Under the pieces are notes generated by a model that was not told the DNA's origin, did no database searches, and saw only the letters and a program-made list of their open reading frames with translations. Source: an uncultured Chloroflexia bacterium (GTDB lineage Bacteria > Chloroflexota > Chloroflexia > QHBQ01 > JADMIH01). From it: a stretch of DNA of 64,000 nt. A program made the translations under genes and the position numbers. This document shows, piece by piece, positions 45,465 to 54,016 of the stretch. Every line of letters starts with the position of its first letter. Within the stretch, counting starts at the first letter, position 1. Location of the stretch: positions 111,431 through 175,430 of the forward strand of contig CAWCNY010000008.1 of NCBI GenBank assembly GCA_963797095.1, given 5' to 3'.

Positions 45465-46778
45465 CTAGCGGTCGCTGAACGCGGGAGCAGGATAGATTAC
45501 AGGCTTGGCTGCCTGCTCCTTAGGCCAGACCGCCACCTGCTCGCCGTTCTGGTACTGTGTGACAATTGAGATCACCTGCCCGGTGCCATCCGGATTGAAC
45601 TTGACCGGGCCGATAACGGTATCGCTCATGTCAGTCTTGGCGAGGGCGTCACGTATGGCCTGGCGGTCGGTGCTGCCTGCGCGGCTGATGGCGTCGGCAA
45701 GGATCTGTACAACCGCATAGGCGGAACCTACACTCGATTGGGCGGGCGCGTTGTACTTGGCCTGGTAGCGCGCTGCCATATCTTGCGAGCCGGGGAAGGT
45801 AACATTAGCGGCCCACCCCTGGATTAGCATAACATCATCGCCATCTTTGCCCAGGTTAGTTGCCCAGGTTGTGCTATCGGGAGCGCGGATCAAGAACATG
45901 GCTTTGGGTGTATAGGCAAGCTCTTTCAACTGCTTGACCAGGGCTGTGCCGTCGGGAGGACTAGGCAGCGCGAGAAGCACCTCTGCCCCGCCATCCTTCG
46001 CCTTGCCTATAAGCCCCGAGTAGTCGGTTGCCCCAGGGGTGTACTGTTCGTCAGCCACGATGTCATAACCGCGATTTTGGGCTTCGGTGCGCCAGAGGCC
46101 GCCCAACTCGGCTCCCCAGTCGGTAGTCTCAGCGAAGATCGCCACTTTGGTCGGTTTGGGGTCGAGGCTATCGAGGAGGTCAAAGGTGGCCTTGGCTACA
46201 TCAGGCGACTTGGGGAAGGGAGAGAAGAGGTACCGGTAGCCTTGCTCGTGAATCTTCTTGAGCGCGAAGGCAATGCCCAGGTAAGGTATTTTATTCTTTT
46301 CAGCGATTGCTGCCGCAGCGGCATGCAGATCGCTGCCGAAACCACCCAGGTAGGCAGATACGTTATTGCTGGAGTTGAGGGTTTCCAGTTGCTGGGTGGT
46401 CTTGGTCGGGTCGGATGCATCGTCGAGCACAGTCAATTCTAGCTGCATCTTCTGCCCGCCCACATCTACACCACCGGCGTTATTGATGTCTTCCACGGCC
46501 AACTCGTAGCCATTCTTGACCAGCGCGCCGCCTGCCGCGTACTTGCCCGTGAGCGGGACCACCGCTCCGATGGAGATTGTCCCACCGGATGTGGTGCTTG
46601 CTGTCGTGGCGGTAGGCGCGACCGGTGCCGGTGTAGCGGTATCGGCTGCCGGTGCCGTTGTGTTGGTGGCGGCAGGTGGAGGCGAGGTCGGTGTGGCTTC
46701 TTCGCCGCATGCCGCCAGCAGCAGGAGTAAGACAATCAAAATACTGAATACGCGGAACTGTTGGGCCTTTGAAATCAT
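45465..46778 (-). CDS. ABC substrate-binding lipoprotein (LivJ/K fold, likely aromatic acid)
   Basis: Lipobox LAAC, P/T/A linker, IGAVVPLTG..INNAGG..DDASDP; GGAGG RBS before ATG 46778. Confidence 0.9.
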   Translation of the reverse strand: MISKAQQFRVFSILIVLLLLLAACGEEATPTSPPPAATNTTAPAADTATPAPVAPTATTASTTSGGTISIGAVVPLTGKYAAGGALVKNGYELAVEDINNAGGVDVGGQKMQLELTVLDDASDPTKTTQQLETLNSSNNVSAYLGGFGSDLHAAAAAIAEKNKIPYLGIAFALKKIHEQGYRYLFSPFPKSPDVAKATFDLLDSLDPKPTKVAIFAETTDWGAELGGLWRTEAQNRGYDIVADEQYTPGATDYSGLIGKAKDGGAEVLLALPSPPDGTALVKQLKELAYTPKAMFLIRAPDSTTWATNLGKDGDDVMLIQGWAANVTFPGSQDMAARYQAKYNAPAQSSVGSAYAVVQILADAISRAGSTDRQAIRDALAKTDMSDTVIGPVKFNPDGTGQVISIVTQYQNGEQVAVWPKEQAAKPVIYPAPAFSDR

Positions 46779-46929
46779 CTGCATCCTCCTTTGTGGACGC
46801 GCTGATCTGCTCCTTGCCAGGCATCAGCGCCCGATCAACTCTGGCCGGTGTTGTGCGCCGTGGGTTATTATCGCCTCGGTGGGCTTCTATTCAAGGCTCC
46901 ACCTCCCGGAAAATCGGTAGCGGAGCGAA

Positions 46930-47661
46930 TCAAGCAACTGAGTTCGAAAGGATACCCATATCCACGACTTTGTCAAGCAGAGCGGCATTGTGCGCAACTG
47001 CTCGCACAGTCCTTATGGCAAGACGCGCGTGCTCCCGCGCCAGGGCTTCGGCGCGAGCGCCTTCGCGGTGCTCGATCGCTTCCACGATCCCTTTATGGTG
47101 TTCTTGTGCTGTGAAGAACACTTTCCACTCTTGCCCGAATTCCCACTCAGCAAGCACGAAAGCATTGGGAGAAGCAAAAGGTAAGGTGAGAATATGCTCG
47201 ATCGTGCGCATGACGATGAAGCTTTCGGGGAGCGCAAGCAACTGCTGGTGGAAGTTCTGGTTGTATTCCAGATAGCGGTCAATAGTATCGCCGGTTATTT
47301 CGTGCTTCTCGGTCAGCTCATCGATCTGGGCAACGCATGCTTTGAGCTTGACAAGGGCAAGCCCGCTAACACCTCGTTCGGCGGCGAGGCGGGCCGCCAG
47401 GCCCTCGATGGTGCCGCGTATTTCGACGGCATCGAGGATATCGCGCTGAGTAAAGGTGCGTACCCTGTAGCCCGTTCCGGGCATCTTCTCCAGCAAGCCT
47501 TCCTGGGCCAGTTGCGCGAGGGCAGCGCGAACCGGCGTGCGCGATACTCTGAGACGCTCAACCAGCGCGGTTTCGATCAGGTGCTGGCCCGATGATAGCT
47601 CGCCCTGAAGTATAAGCTCTCTCAGGCTGACCAAAGCTTTGGTTGTTTGCGACATTGCCAT
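46930..47661 (-). CDS. vanR: GntR/FCD-family regulator, VanR-like
   Basis: SQT.KAL..LRELIL.GEL..VSRTPVRAAL, EIRGTIEGLAARLAAERG, LPFASPNAFV and EGARAEALAREHARLA, motifs I recognise from vanillate repressors; GGAGGAG RBS. Confidence 0.75.
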   Translation of the reverse strand: MAMSQTTKALVSLRELILQGELSSGQHLIETALVERLRVSRTPVRAALAQLAQEGLLEKMPGTGYRVRTFTQRDILDAVEIRGTIEGLAARLAAERGVSGLALVKLKACVAQIDELTEKHEITGDTIDRYLEYNQNFHQQLLALPESFIVMRTIEHILTLPFASPNAFVLAEWEFGQEWKVFFTAQEHHKGIVEAIEHREGARAEALAREHARLAIRTVRAVAHNAALLDKVVDMGILSNSVA

Positions 47662-47714
47662 GGCACGCAACTCCTCCAACTTTGAGGGGGTTCGGGGTTT
47701 CATGAGTATACGCC

Positions 47715-47724
47715 ATGTATACAT
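47715..47724. promoter_or_regulatory. Palindrome ATGTATACAT, candidate GntR/VanR operator 1
   Basis: Perfect palindrome with a GTATAC core ~55 nt upstream of the regulator start; repeated at 47869. Confidence 0.6.
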
Positions 47725-47868
47725 AAAAGGCAAGATGGACTTTCGACAATTTTGCGATCAAAATAGTCAAAAGTCCATCAATCCCTCAATTTTGTTCGTC
47801 TTGCGTGCCCTGCACGAGCTATTTTTGGCTAGCTGGATCAGGAAACCCGCTTTATGCTCTTTCAAGAG

Positions 47869-47878
47869 ATGTATACAT
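47869..47878. promoter_or_regulatory. Palindrome ATGTATACAT, candidate GntR/VanR operator 2
   Basis: Identical second copy 154 bp from the first. Confidence 0.55.
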
Positions 47879-47940
47879 GATGGCCTCTCCACTGTTATGT
47901 GGAGAGGCCAAACGAGTGGTTGCTAATGCTGTTGGGCTGT

Positions 47941-48375
47941 CTAGCCTGGCAAACCTAGCTGGCGAAGCATAGAGGCAGTGTCCTGGTAGTTGTGGAGAGT
48001 TGCGATCTTGCCGTCGCGAACCGTGCATACCTCGACCACGGGCCACTCGGCGGTCTTGCCTGTGGCGGGGATGGGGCCGGCAGGGCCGAGCAAGGGGCCT
48101 GTGTGCGTGCCGCGTGCGATAAATTCGGTGACGACAGCGCCAGGGGTTACAACCTGGTTGGTGACAATGAGATCGACATCGGGCATGGCGGTCTTGAAGG
48201 TCATGAAGAACTGCTCGAATTCCTCCTTGCCCCGGAACACCTGTCCCGTCGGCTCAAAGATAGCCTCGATGTCGTCGGTGACCAGCGACAGCACCTTGCC
48301 GTAATCGCATGCGCTGAAAGCCGCATATACTTCTCTTGCCAGTGTGCCGTTGTCTTGCGAGGTTATGGTTGCCAT
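47941..48375 (-). CDS. SnoaL-like/ester cyclase (NTF2 fold) protein
   Basis: FKTAMPD, ARGTHTGPL..IPATGK and RDGKI...Y.DTASMLRQLG motifs. Confidence 0.88.
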   Translation of the reverse strand: MATITSQDNGTLAREVYAAFSACDYGKVLSLVTDDIEAIFEPTGQVFRGKEEFEQFFMTFKTAMPDVDLIVTNQVVTPGAVVTEFIARGTHTGPLLGPAGPIPATGKTAEWPVVEVCTVRDGKIATLHNYQDTASMLRQLGLPG

Positions 48376-48535
48376 TTTCGTTTCTCCTTCTGTTTATCTA
48401 TTTTGATTGGTTGGTTTCTTGTAGTCCTGCGCGCCGCGCTCTTGTTTGCGCATCGACTGACACAAGTTTACCCGCCAACCTCAGCCGAAACAGTGGGAGA
48501 AATACGAAGATTTATCTGAGCAGGTACGTATGTTT

Positions 48536-48625
48536 TATTGCGTATTGCGTATTGCGTATTGCGTATTGCGTATTGCGTATTGCGTATTGCGTATTGCGTA
48601 TTGCGTATTGCGTATTGCGTATTGC
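48536..48625. repeat. Heptamer microsatellite TATTGCG, about 13 units
   Basis: Read directly; perfect array. Confidence 0.97.
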
Positions 48626-48774
48626 ATGTCCGTCACACAATTACGGACCACCGGATGTGGACTTCTGGCTGATCACAGGATGGATTTTGGTGATTGTGCG
48701 ATTGTGGTGTTGGACTCTGCCTCATATACTAAAAGACATTAGTGGGACAAAACGGGACAGGTTTTGGGGTGTAC

Positions 48775-51700
48775 TTAAGTACGGTTTTTCGAGGAGCGCT
48801 CTTGTGGGCTGTTCCGCCCCAGGCCGCGCTCGGTGGCCCAGGCTGCTATTTGAGCGCGTGACGTAAACCCCAGTTTGCCGAGGATGTTTTCGACATGCTT
48901 CTCGACTGTGCGCTCGCCTACCACCATTTCCTGGGCGATGGCGCGGTTGATCATGCCGAGGGCTATGTGCGTGGCAACTTCGCGCTCCCTGGCGGTGAGG
49001 CCGTTATACTCGCGTTTGGCTGCCTGCCCGGATGTGGGCGAATTTGCCGGTATGCGGGCGTCTACTCCGCCCAGGAAGCGGTCGCGCATATCCGGGTTTG
49101 GAACTTTATTCGCCAGCAGGTGCGCCGAATCGCGCGCTCTTTGGAAAGCGGCCCTGGCGTCGTCTCGCCGGCCTTGCACCCTGTATACCCTGCCCAAAAC
49201 GGCCTGAATCTGCCATAAGATGGGATAGAATCCGAGGGCTTGCGCTCCCTCCTCGCCTTCGATAAGAATTGCCTCGGCTTCACTATAGCGGTGGAGGGCC
49301 GCCAGCGTTTCGCCCAGGAGACGGGCCATGTACGGCACAGCACGCAAACCTTCAACATCTATATTTGGGGTGGCCTGGATCAGCTTATCGGCTATATCCA
49401 GCGCGCCTTCGGGGTCGCCCTTTGCCAGTTTAAGGTGAGCCAGAGAAAACCAGGCCATCCTCTGACCTATAGTCTCCATAGGAGTGTATGAGTCAAGGAT
49501 GCCGTAAAGTAATTCTTCAGCGCGGGCATAGTCACCCGTGGCGGTATTTATGAGAGCAAGGAAGGCGGTACCCAGGAAAATGACGAACGGCGAGTTGATC
49601 ACCCTGGCCATCGCAAATGCCGCCTCGAAACGGGCCTTCGCTTCGGCGAAATCGAAAAGCTCCATTTGCGTACCGCCGAGGGCAAAACCATTGGAGATCA
49701 TCCATTGCTGGTGCTCGATCTCCTCGGCGAGCGCCAACCCGCGCCTGCCATCCTCAAGGGCGCGTGCCACCTCGCCCCTCACAGAGAGCAGGAGCGCCGA
49801 GTAGCCGTATGTCATTGCCTCGCCCGCGCGCCAGCCAATTTGCCGGGCGAGAGGTAGGGCCTCATCAATATCCTTCAGACAATCATCAAGAGAGGCGGGT
49901 CTGAGCGCCGACAGGATCACCATATAGCCTCCGCCACGCGCCGCCATAGTGGAGAGAGCCTCTACCAGTCCAGGCTTGTTGCCGAGGTCGCGCAACAGTG
50001 CCACCGCCCGCTTGTAGTAGCCCACCCCGCCGATCACATCGCACGACATATAGCAGGTGATCCCAAGAAGGTCGAGAGTAGCGGCTACCCCGCGTTTGTC
50101 ACCGATCTGCTGAAAAAGGGCCAGGGCTTCCTCGTGGCATTTGCGCCCGGCGACCGGGTGGCCCTGGTGCACATGCCAGTTGCCCAGGCGGTTGAGCGTT
50201 TGAGCAAGGGCAGCAGGGTCATCCATCCGGCGTGCCAACTCGATAGCGCGTTCGATCAAAACGCCCGCCTGAGCGTAGTCGCGGCCTGTCCAGAGCCACC
50301 CGAGGTTCAAAGCAGCCCGCCATTCGGTACGGAGATCGGCCACAAGACGTGCGGCTTCGATACTTCTGGTGTAATCGTCGCAGGCTCCCTCGAAGTTGCC
50401 CATGGTCTCGTTGGCCTGGCCCCTGGCGCGCAACAACTCAGGTTCGACCACCGATAGATGCTCTGCCGCCTCATAAGCGCGCGTGAAATGCTCTATGGCT
50501 GCCTGGGGAGAGTAGAGCGCCTGCGCGCGCTCGCCCGCTCGCTTGCTGTACTCCAGCGCCTTATTCCATTCCCCGGCCTGATAAAAGTGGTAACTCAGCT
50601 CGGCCAGGTGGGCTTCAAGCGCGCCGGCGTTCAACTGTTCAAGCGCCTCACCCACCAGCCTGTGGAGGCCCCTGCGCTCGCGGGCAAGGAGATTGGCGTA
50701 GACGGCCTCTCTCGTCAGGGCATGGCGGAATGCAAAGGTATCTACGGATTCCTCGACGACAAGTTGGGCGGCCAGAAGCTCTTTCATCAAGCGGAGAAGC
50801 GCCTGCTCGGTGTCGCCAGTGAGATTGTGCAACAGATCGAAGTCGAATCTGCGACCCGCCACAGCCGCCAGCGACAGCACATACTGTGCAGGTTCGCTCA
50901 AACCCTCCAGGCGGCGTTGCACAGCGACCTGCACGCTGCGCGGGATGCCCATCTGCTCGATAGGCGTGCGGTCCCAACTGCCATCGGCATAGAAGATCGC
51001 GCCCAACTCGAGGAGCGATTTGAGGGTCTCCTCCACAAAGAATGGGTTGCCCTCGGTCAGCCTGTAGATAGCGTCCAGCAGATCGGTGTGGATGGGGCGA
51101 TCGAGGTTGAAGATGGCCCTCATCATTCCATCCACCTCGCCCATGTGCAGGCGCGCGAGCTTCAATTCAGTAGCCAGGCGTTCGCGGTCGAGCGACGCCA
51201 GTAATCTCGCGAGAGCAGGCTGCACCTCGTCGCTCCTGTACGTCATCAGGAGCCGGATGGGGTGAGCCGTGATACGCCTTGCGAAGGTCAGCAAGAACTC
51301 AAGGCTGATCTCATCGCTCCAATGCAGGTCTTCGATCACGATCATGAGCGGCCTGCGTGCGGCCTCTTGAAGAAAGAGTCCGGTAAGAGCCGCGAAAATA
51401 CGCCGTTTGGCGCTGTCAGGCTCCGCAGGCGATTCTTCGGGAGTGTCATGGGTGCCTTGCAGGATGTACTGCATTTCGGGGAAGTCAGGGAAGAGCCGGG
51501 CGACCTCACGCGTGGCGGGCGTCAATCTGGCAGCGATTTCCATGGGAGGGTGGGAGAGGAAGAAGGTACGCAGCAGATCGAGCAGAGGGGCATAGGGGAG
51601 GGAGTGGTCGGTTTCGAAGCAATTGCCCTGCGCTATCTCATACCCTGCACGTCGCGCAAAAGAGCAGGCTTCGCTCACAAAGCGCGACTTGCCTATACCC

Positions 51701-51837
51701 GCCTCGCCTGAGATGAGCATGGTGTGAACTCCGGCTTCCTCGACTTCGCCCGTCAGGCCCACGAAGCGCCGGCAGATATCGAGGTGCTGGGCGCGACCGA
51801 TCATTATGGGGCAGGTAGTGCGATGTCCCGGCTGCAT
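48775..51837 (-). CDS. Large ATP-binding LuxR regulator (AAA/STAND + TPR + LuxR HTH; LAL/MalT-like)
   Basis: GEAGIGKS, IVIEDLHWSD, TEGNPFF, FAFRHALTRE, TPRs and LTAREREVA..TVEKHVENILGKLG. Confidence 0.92.
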   Translation of the reverse strand: MQPGHRTTCPIMIGRAQHLDICRRFVGLTGEVEEAGVHTMLISGEAGIGKSRFVSEACSFARRAGYEIAQGNCFETDHSLPYAPLLDLLRTFFLSHPPMEIAARLTPATREVARLFPDFPEMQYILQGTHDTPEESPAEPDSAKRRIFAALTGLFLQEAARRPLMIVIEDLHWSDEISLEFLLTFARRITAHPIRLLMTYRSDEVQPALARLLASLDRERLATELKLARLHMGEVDGMMRAIFNLDRPIHTDLLDAIYRLTEGNPFFVEETLKSLLELGAIFYADGSWDRTPIEQMGIPRSVQVAVQRRLEGLSEPAQYVLSLAAVAGRRFDFDLLHNLTGDTEQALLRLMKELLAAQLVVEESVDTFAFRHALTREAVYANLLARERRGLHRLVGEALEQLNAGALEAHLAELSYHFYQAGEWNKALEYSKRAGERAQALYSPQAAIEHFTRAYEAAEHLSVVEPELLRARGQANETMGNFEGACDDYTRSIEAARLVADLRTEWRAALNLGWLWTGRDYAQAGVLIERAIELARRMDDPAALAQTLNRLGNWHVHQGHPVAGRKCHEEALALFQQIGDKRGVAATLDLLGITCYMSCDVIGGVGYYKRAVALLRDLGNKPGLVEALSTMAARGGGYMVILSALRPASLDDCLKDIDEALPLARQIGWRAGEAMTYGYSALLLSVRGEVARALEDGRRGLALAEEIEHQQWMISNGFALGGTQMELFDFAEAKARFEAAFAMARVINSPFVIFLGTAFLALINTATGDYARAEELLYGILDSYTPMETIGQRMAWFSLAHLKLAKGDPEGALDIADKLIQATPNIDVEGLRAVPYMARLLGETLAALHRYSEAEAILIEGEEGAQALGFYPILWQIQAVLGRVYRVQGRRDDARAAFQRARDSAHLLANKVPNPDMRDRFLGGVDARIPANSPTSGQAAKREYNGLTAREREVATHIALGMINRAIAQEMVVGERTVEKHVENILGKLGFTSRAQIAAWATERGLGRNSPQERSSKNRT

Positions 51838-51885
51838 GTATTGATTATATCTCGCAAAGACGATGGATCATAGGTGGCAACTATA

Positions 51886-51894
51886 TGCTATAGT
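51886..51894 (+). promoter_or_regulatory. Extended -10 element TGCTATAGT driving the structured RNA
   Basis: TGnTAnnnT located 5-7 nt before the 5' end of the predicted RNA stem. Confidence 0.55.
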
Positions 51895-51898
51895 GCTT

Positions 51899-52039
51899 GG
51901 AGCGTACGCTTCGAGCTTCATCCTGAAATGGCCGGGAGGCCTAGTGAAGCGGGTGTGGGCGTACAGACGTTCAATGCGCTATACTCAGAGCGTCAACCTT
52001 AAGCCCAGGGCCGGAGTTTGATATTGGGCGTCGCTTTCC
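51899..52039 (+). ncRNA. ssrS: 6S RNA-like rod-shaped ncRNA
   Basis: Nested pairings GGAGCG-ACGC/GCGT-CGCT-CC, TCGAGCTTC/GGAGTTTGA and CCTG/CAGG, a central bubble, and an apical GGGTGTGG-GCGTA/TGCGC-TATACTC stem. The CATCCT..GGGAGG..TAGTG and GAGCGTCAACCTTAAG..CAGG motifs resemble, from memory, 6S RNAs of monoderm bacteria. Confidence 0.6.
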
Positions 52040-52086
52040 GCATTCCATACTCCGCGTTCCCAATCCCTGGTTCACAAATACACCAT

Positions 52087-54016
52087 ATGGAACCTAGCAC
52101 TCCTTTTGCTCCTCTACTGCTCATAACCCTCCTGGCCGTCGTAGTGCCTTTGCTGGTTAATCGCATACAGTTTGTTCGGCTCCCCGGCGTGGTGGGCGAG
52201 ATCGTCGCCGGGATAATCATAGGCCAGAGCGGTTTCCAGTTGGTCCAGCCCTCCGAGACGCTTGATTTCCTCGCCGAATTCGGTTTCACTTTCCTCATGT
52301 TCCTTTCGGGTCTGGAAGTGAACTTCGGGTTGTTGTTCAGCCCGTCCAATGGCAACGGTTCGGGTAAAACCGGGACGCCACCGCCGCTATGGCAGCGACC
52401 AATGCCACTGGCCGCTACCACTTTTTTGTTGACTGTTGTACTGGCGATCACTACAGGCTGGCTCCTTGTAAGCTTCAATCTGGCCCGCAACGCCGTGCTG
52501 ATGGGCCTGATCTTGAGCACAACCTCTCTCGGAATCGTGGTGCCAGTGCTGAAGGAGCGCAGGCTAACCGCCAGCAAATACGGGCAAACCTTGCTTGCCG
52601 CCGCTCTTATCAGTGACTTCGTGACGCTCCTCCTTCTAAGCGTGTCTATTGCCGCTGTCAGCCAGGGGCTGAACCTGGAACTGCTGCTGTTGATGGTGTT
52701 GCTGGTAGCATTTATCGCGGCAGCCAAAGTCGGGCAGTGGGTCACACGCAACCGTCCTCTTACCAGGATAATTGAGGAGCTTTCGCATGCCACGTCCCAG
52801 GTGAGGGTGCGCGGGGCATTTGCCCTGATGATCGGCTGGGTGGTGCTTTCGCAATCGTTGGGCGTGGAGGTAATACTGGGGGCGTTCCTGGCGGGGGCTG
52901 TGATCAGCCTGAGCAGCCGCCGCTCCCAATCAACACTCCGGGAAAAACTCGATGCTATTGGGTACGGCTTTTTCATCCCGATCTTCTTCATTATGGTGGG
53001 GGCCAGGTTTGACCTGCGAGCTTTGCTCGAACTCGCCCTCGGCCCTCCTGCTGGTACCTCTCCTTATAGTGGCCGCCTACCTGGTCAAGATGATACCTGC
53101 CCTTCTCTTCCGAACCATGTTCTCCTGGCGTGAGACGTTCGGCGCGGGCGCGCTCCTTTCGTCCAGGCTATCGCTGATCATCGCGGCATCGGCCATCGCC
53201 TATGATTTGCAATTGATCAGCAGTTCCACCAACGCCGCCATAGTGCTCGTGGCGGTAGTAACCTGCACCGCCTCTCCAATCCTCTTTTCTCGTATCCTGC
53301 CTCAGAGAGACGAGAGCGAGCGCAAAGGTGTTATCATATTAGGGACCGATCAACTCGCCCGCCTGGTAGCAACAAGATTGCGCTCTGCGGGTGAGCCTGT
53401 GACCTTTGTGAGCCGGGATAGCTCTCAGTTGGACCAGCTTGCCCAGCATGGATTCAACGTCGTAAAAGGCAACCCATCTACGGATGGCGTGCTGGCCCAG
53501 GCAGGTGCCGCCAAAGCTCGTGCTCTTGTGGCTGTGCCGACAGTATCCGATATACTGGTTGATGTGTGCCGCCTGGCACGCGAACAGTTCGGCATTCCAC
53601 AGATCGTGGCCCGCGTCGAGGACAACCAGCTAATACAGAAATTGCAGCCGCTCGAAGCGCGGGTGATCCAACCGCCCTTTGCTATCGCTCTGGCGCTTGA
53701 GGGCGCTCTCCTTTATCCTGCTACCTATGATATGCTACTCGACCAGAGTGATAACGTGGAATTGTTAGACGTTCAAGTAGGCAATCCCACGATGTCGGCC
53801 ATGTCGCTCAGGCGGCTCAGGTTGCCCGGCAACGTGCTTATCATGGGCATACGCAGGCAGGGCGAGGTTATCGTACCGCACGGCGACACCACCTTACAGA
53901 TAGGCGATGTACTTATGCTTGTGGGCAATCCTGAGGACCTGAAAGACACCCAAACGCTGATCGGAGACCAGGCAAGTACACCTGCAAGAGGCCGGAGGGC
54001 GGTGCGGAAAGAGTAA
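52087..54016 (+). pseudogene. CPA2 cation:proton antiporter with TrkA-N/TrkA-C (RCK) domains, YjbQ/CpaA-like; +1 frameshift at ~53029
   Basis: ORF1 (FLMFLSGLE, TSLGIVVPVLKE, GYGFFIPIFF) continues in ORF2 (NSPSALLLVPLL..LLSSRLSLIIA, RCK domains). Removing one base near CTCGAAC restores FDLRALLNSPSALL. This could be a sequencing error. Confidence 0.8.

Noticed and set aside
48336-48866. ORFs with (IAYCVLR)n repeats
   Set aside because: They are translations of the TATTGCG microsatellite, with no coding evidence.
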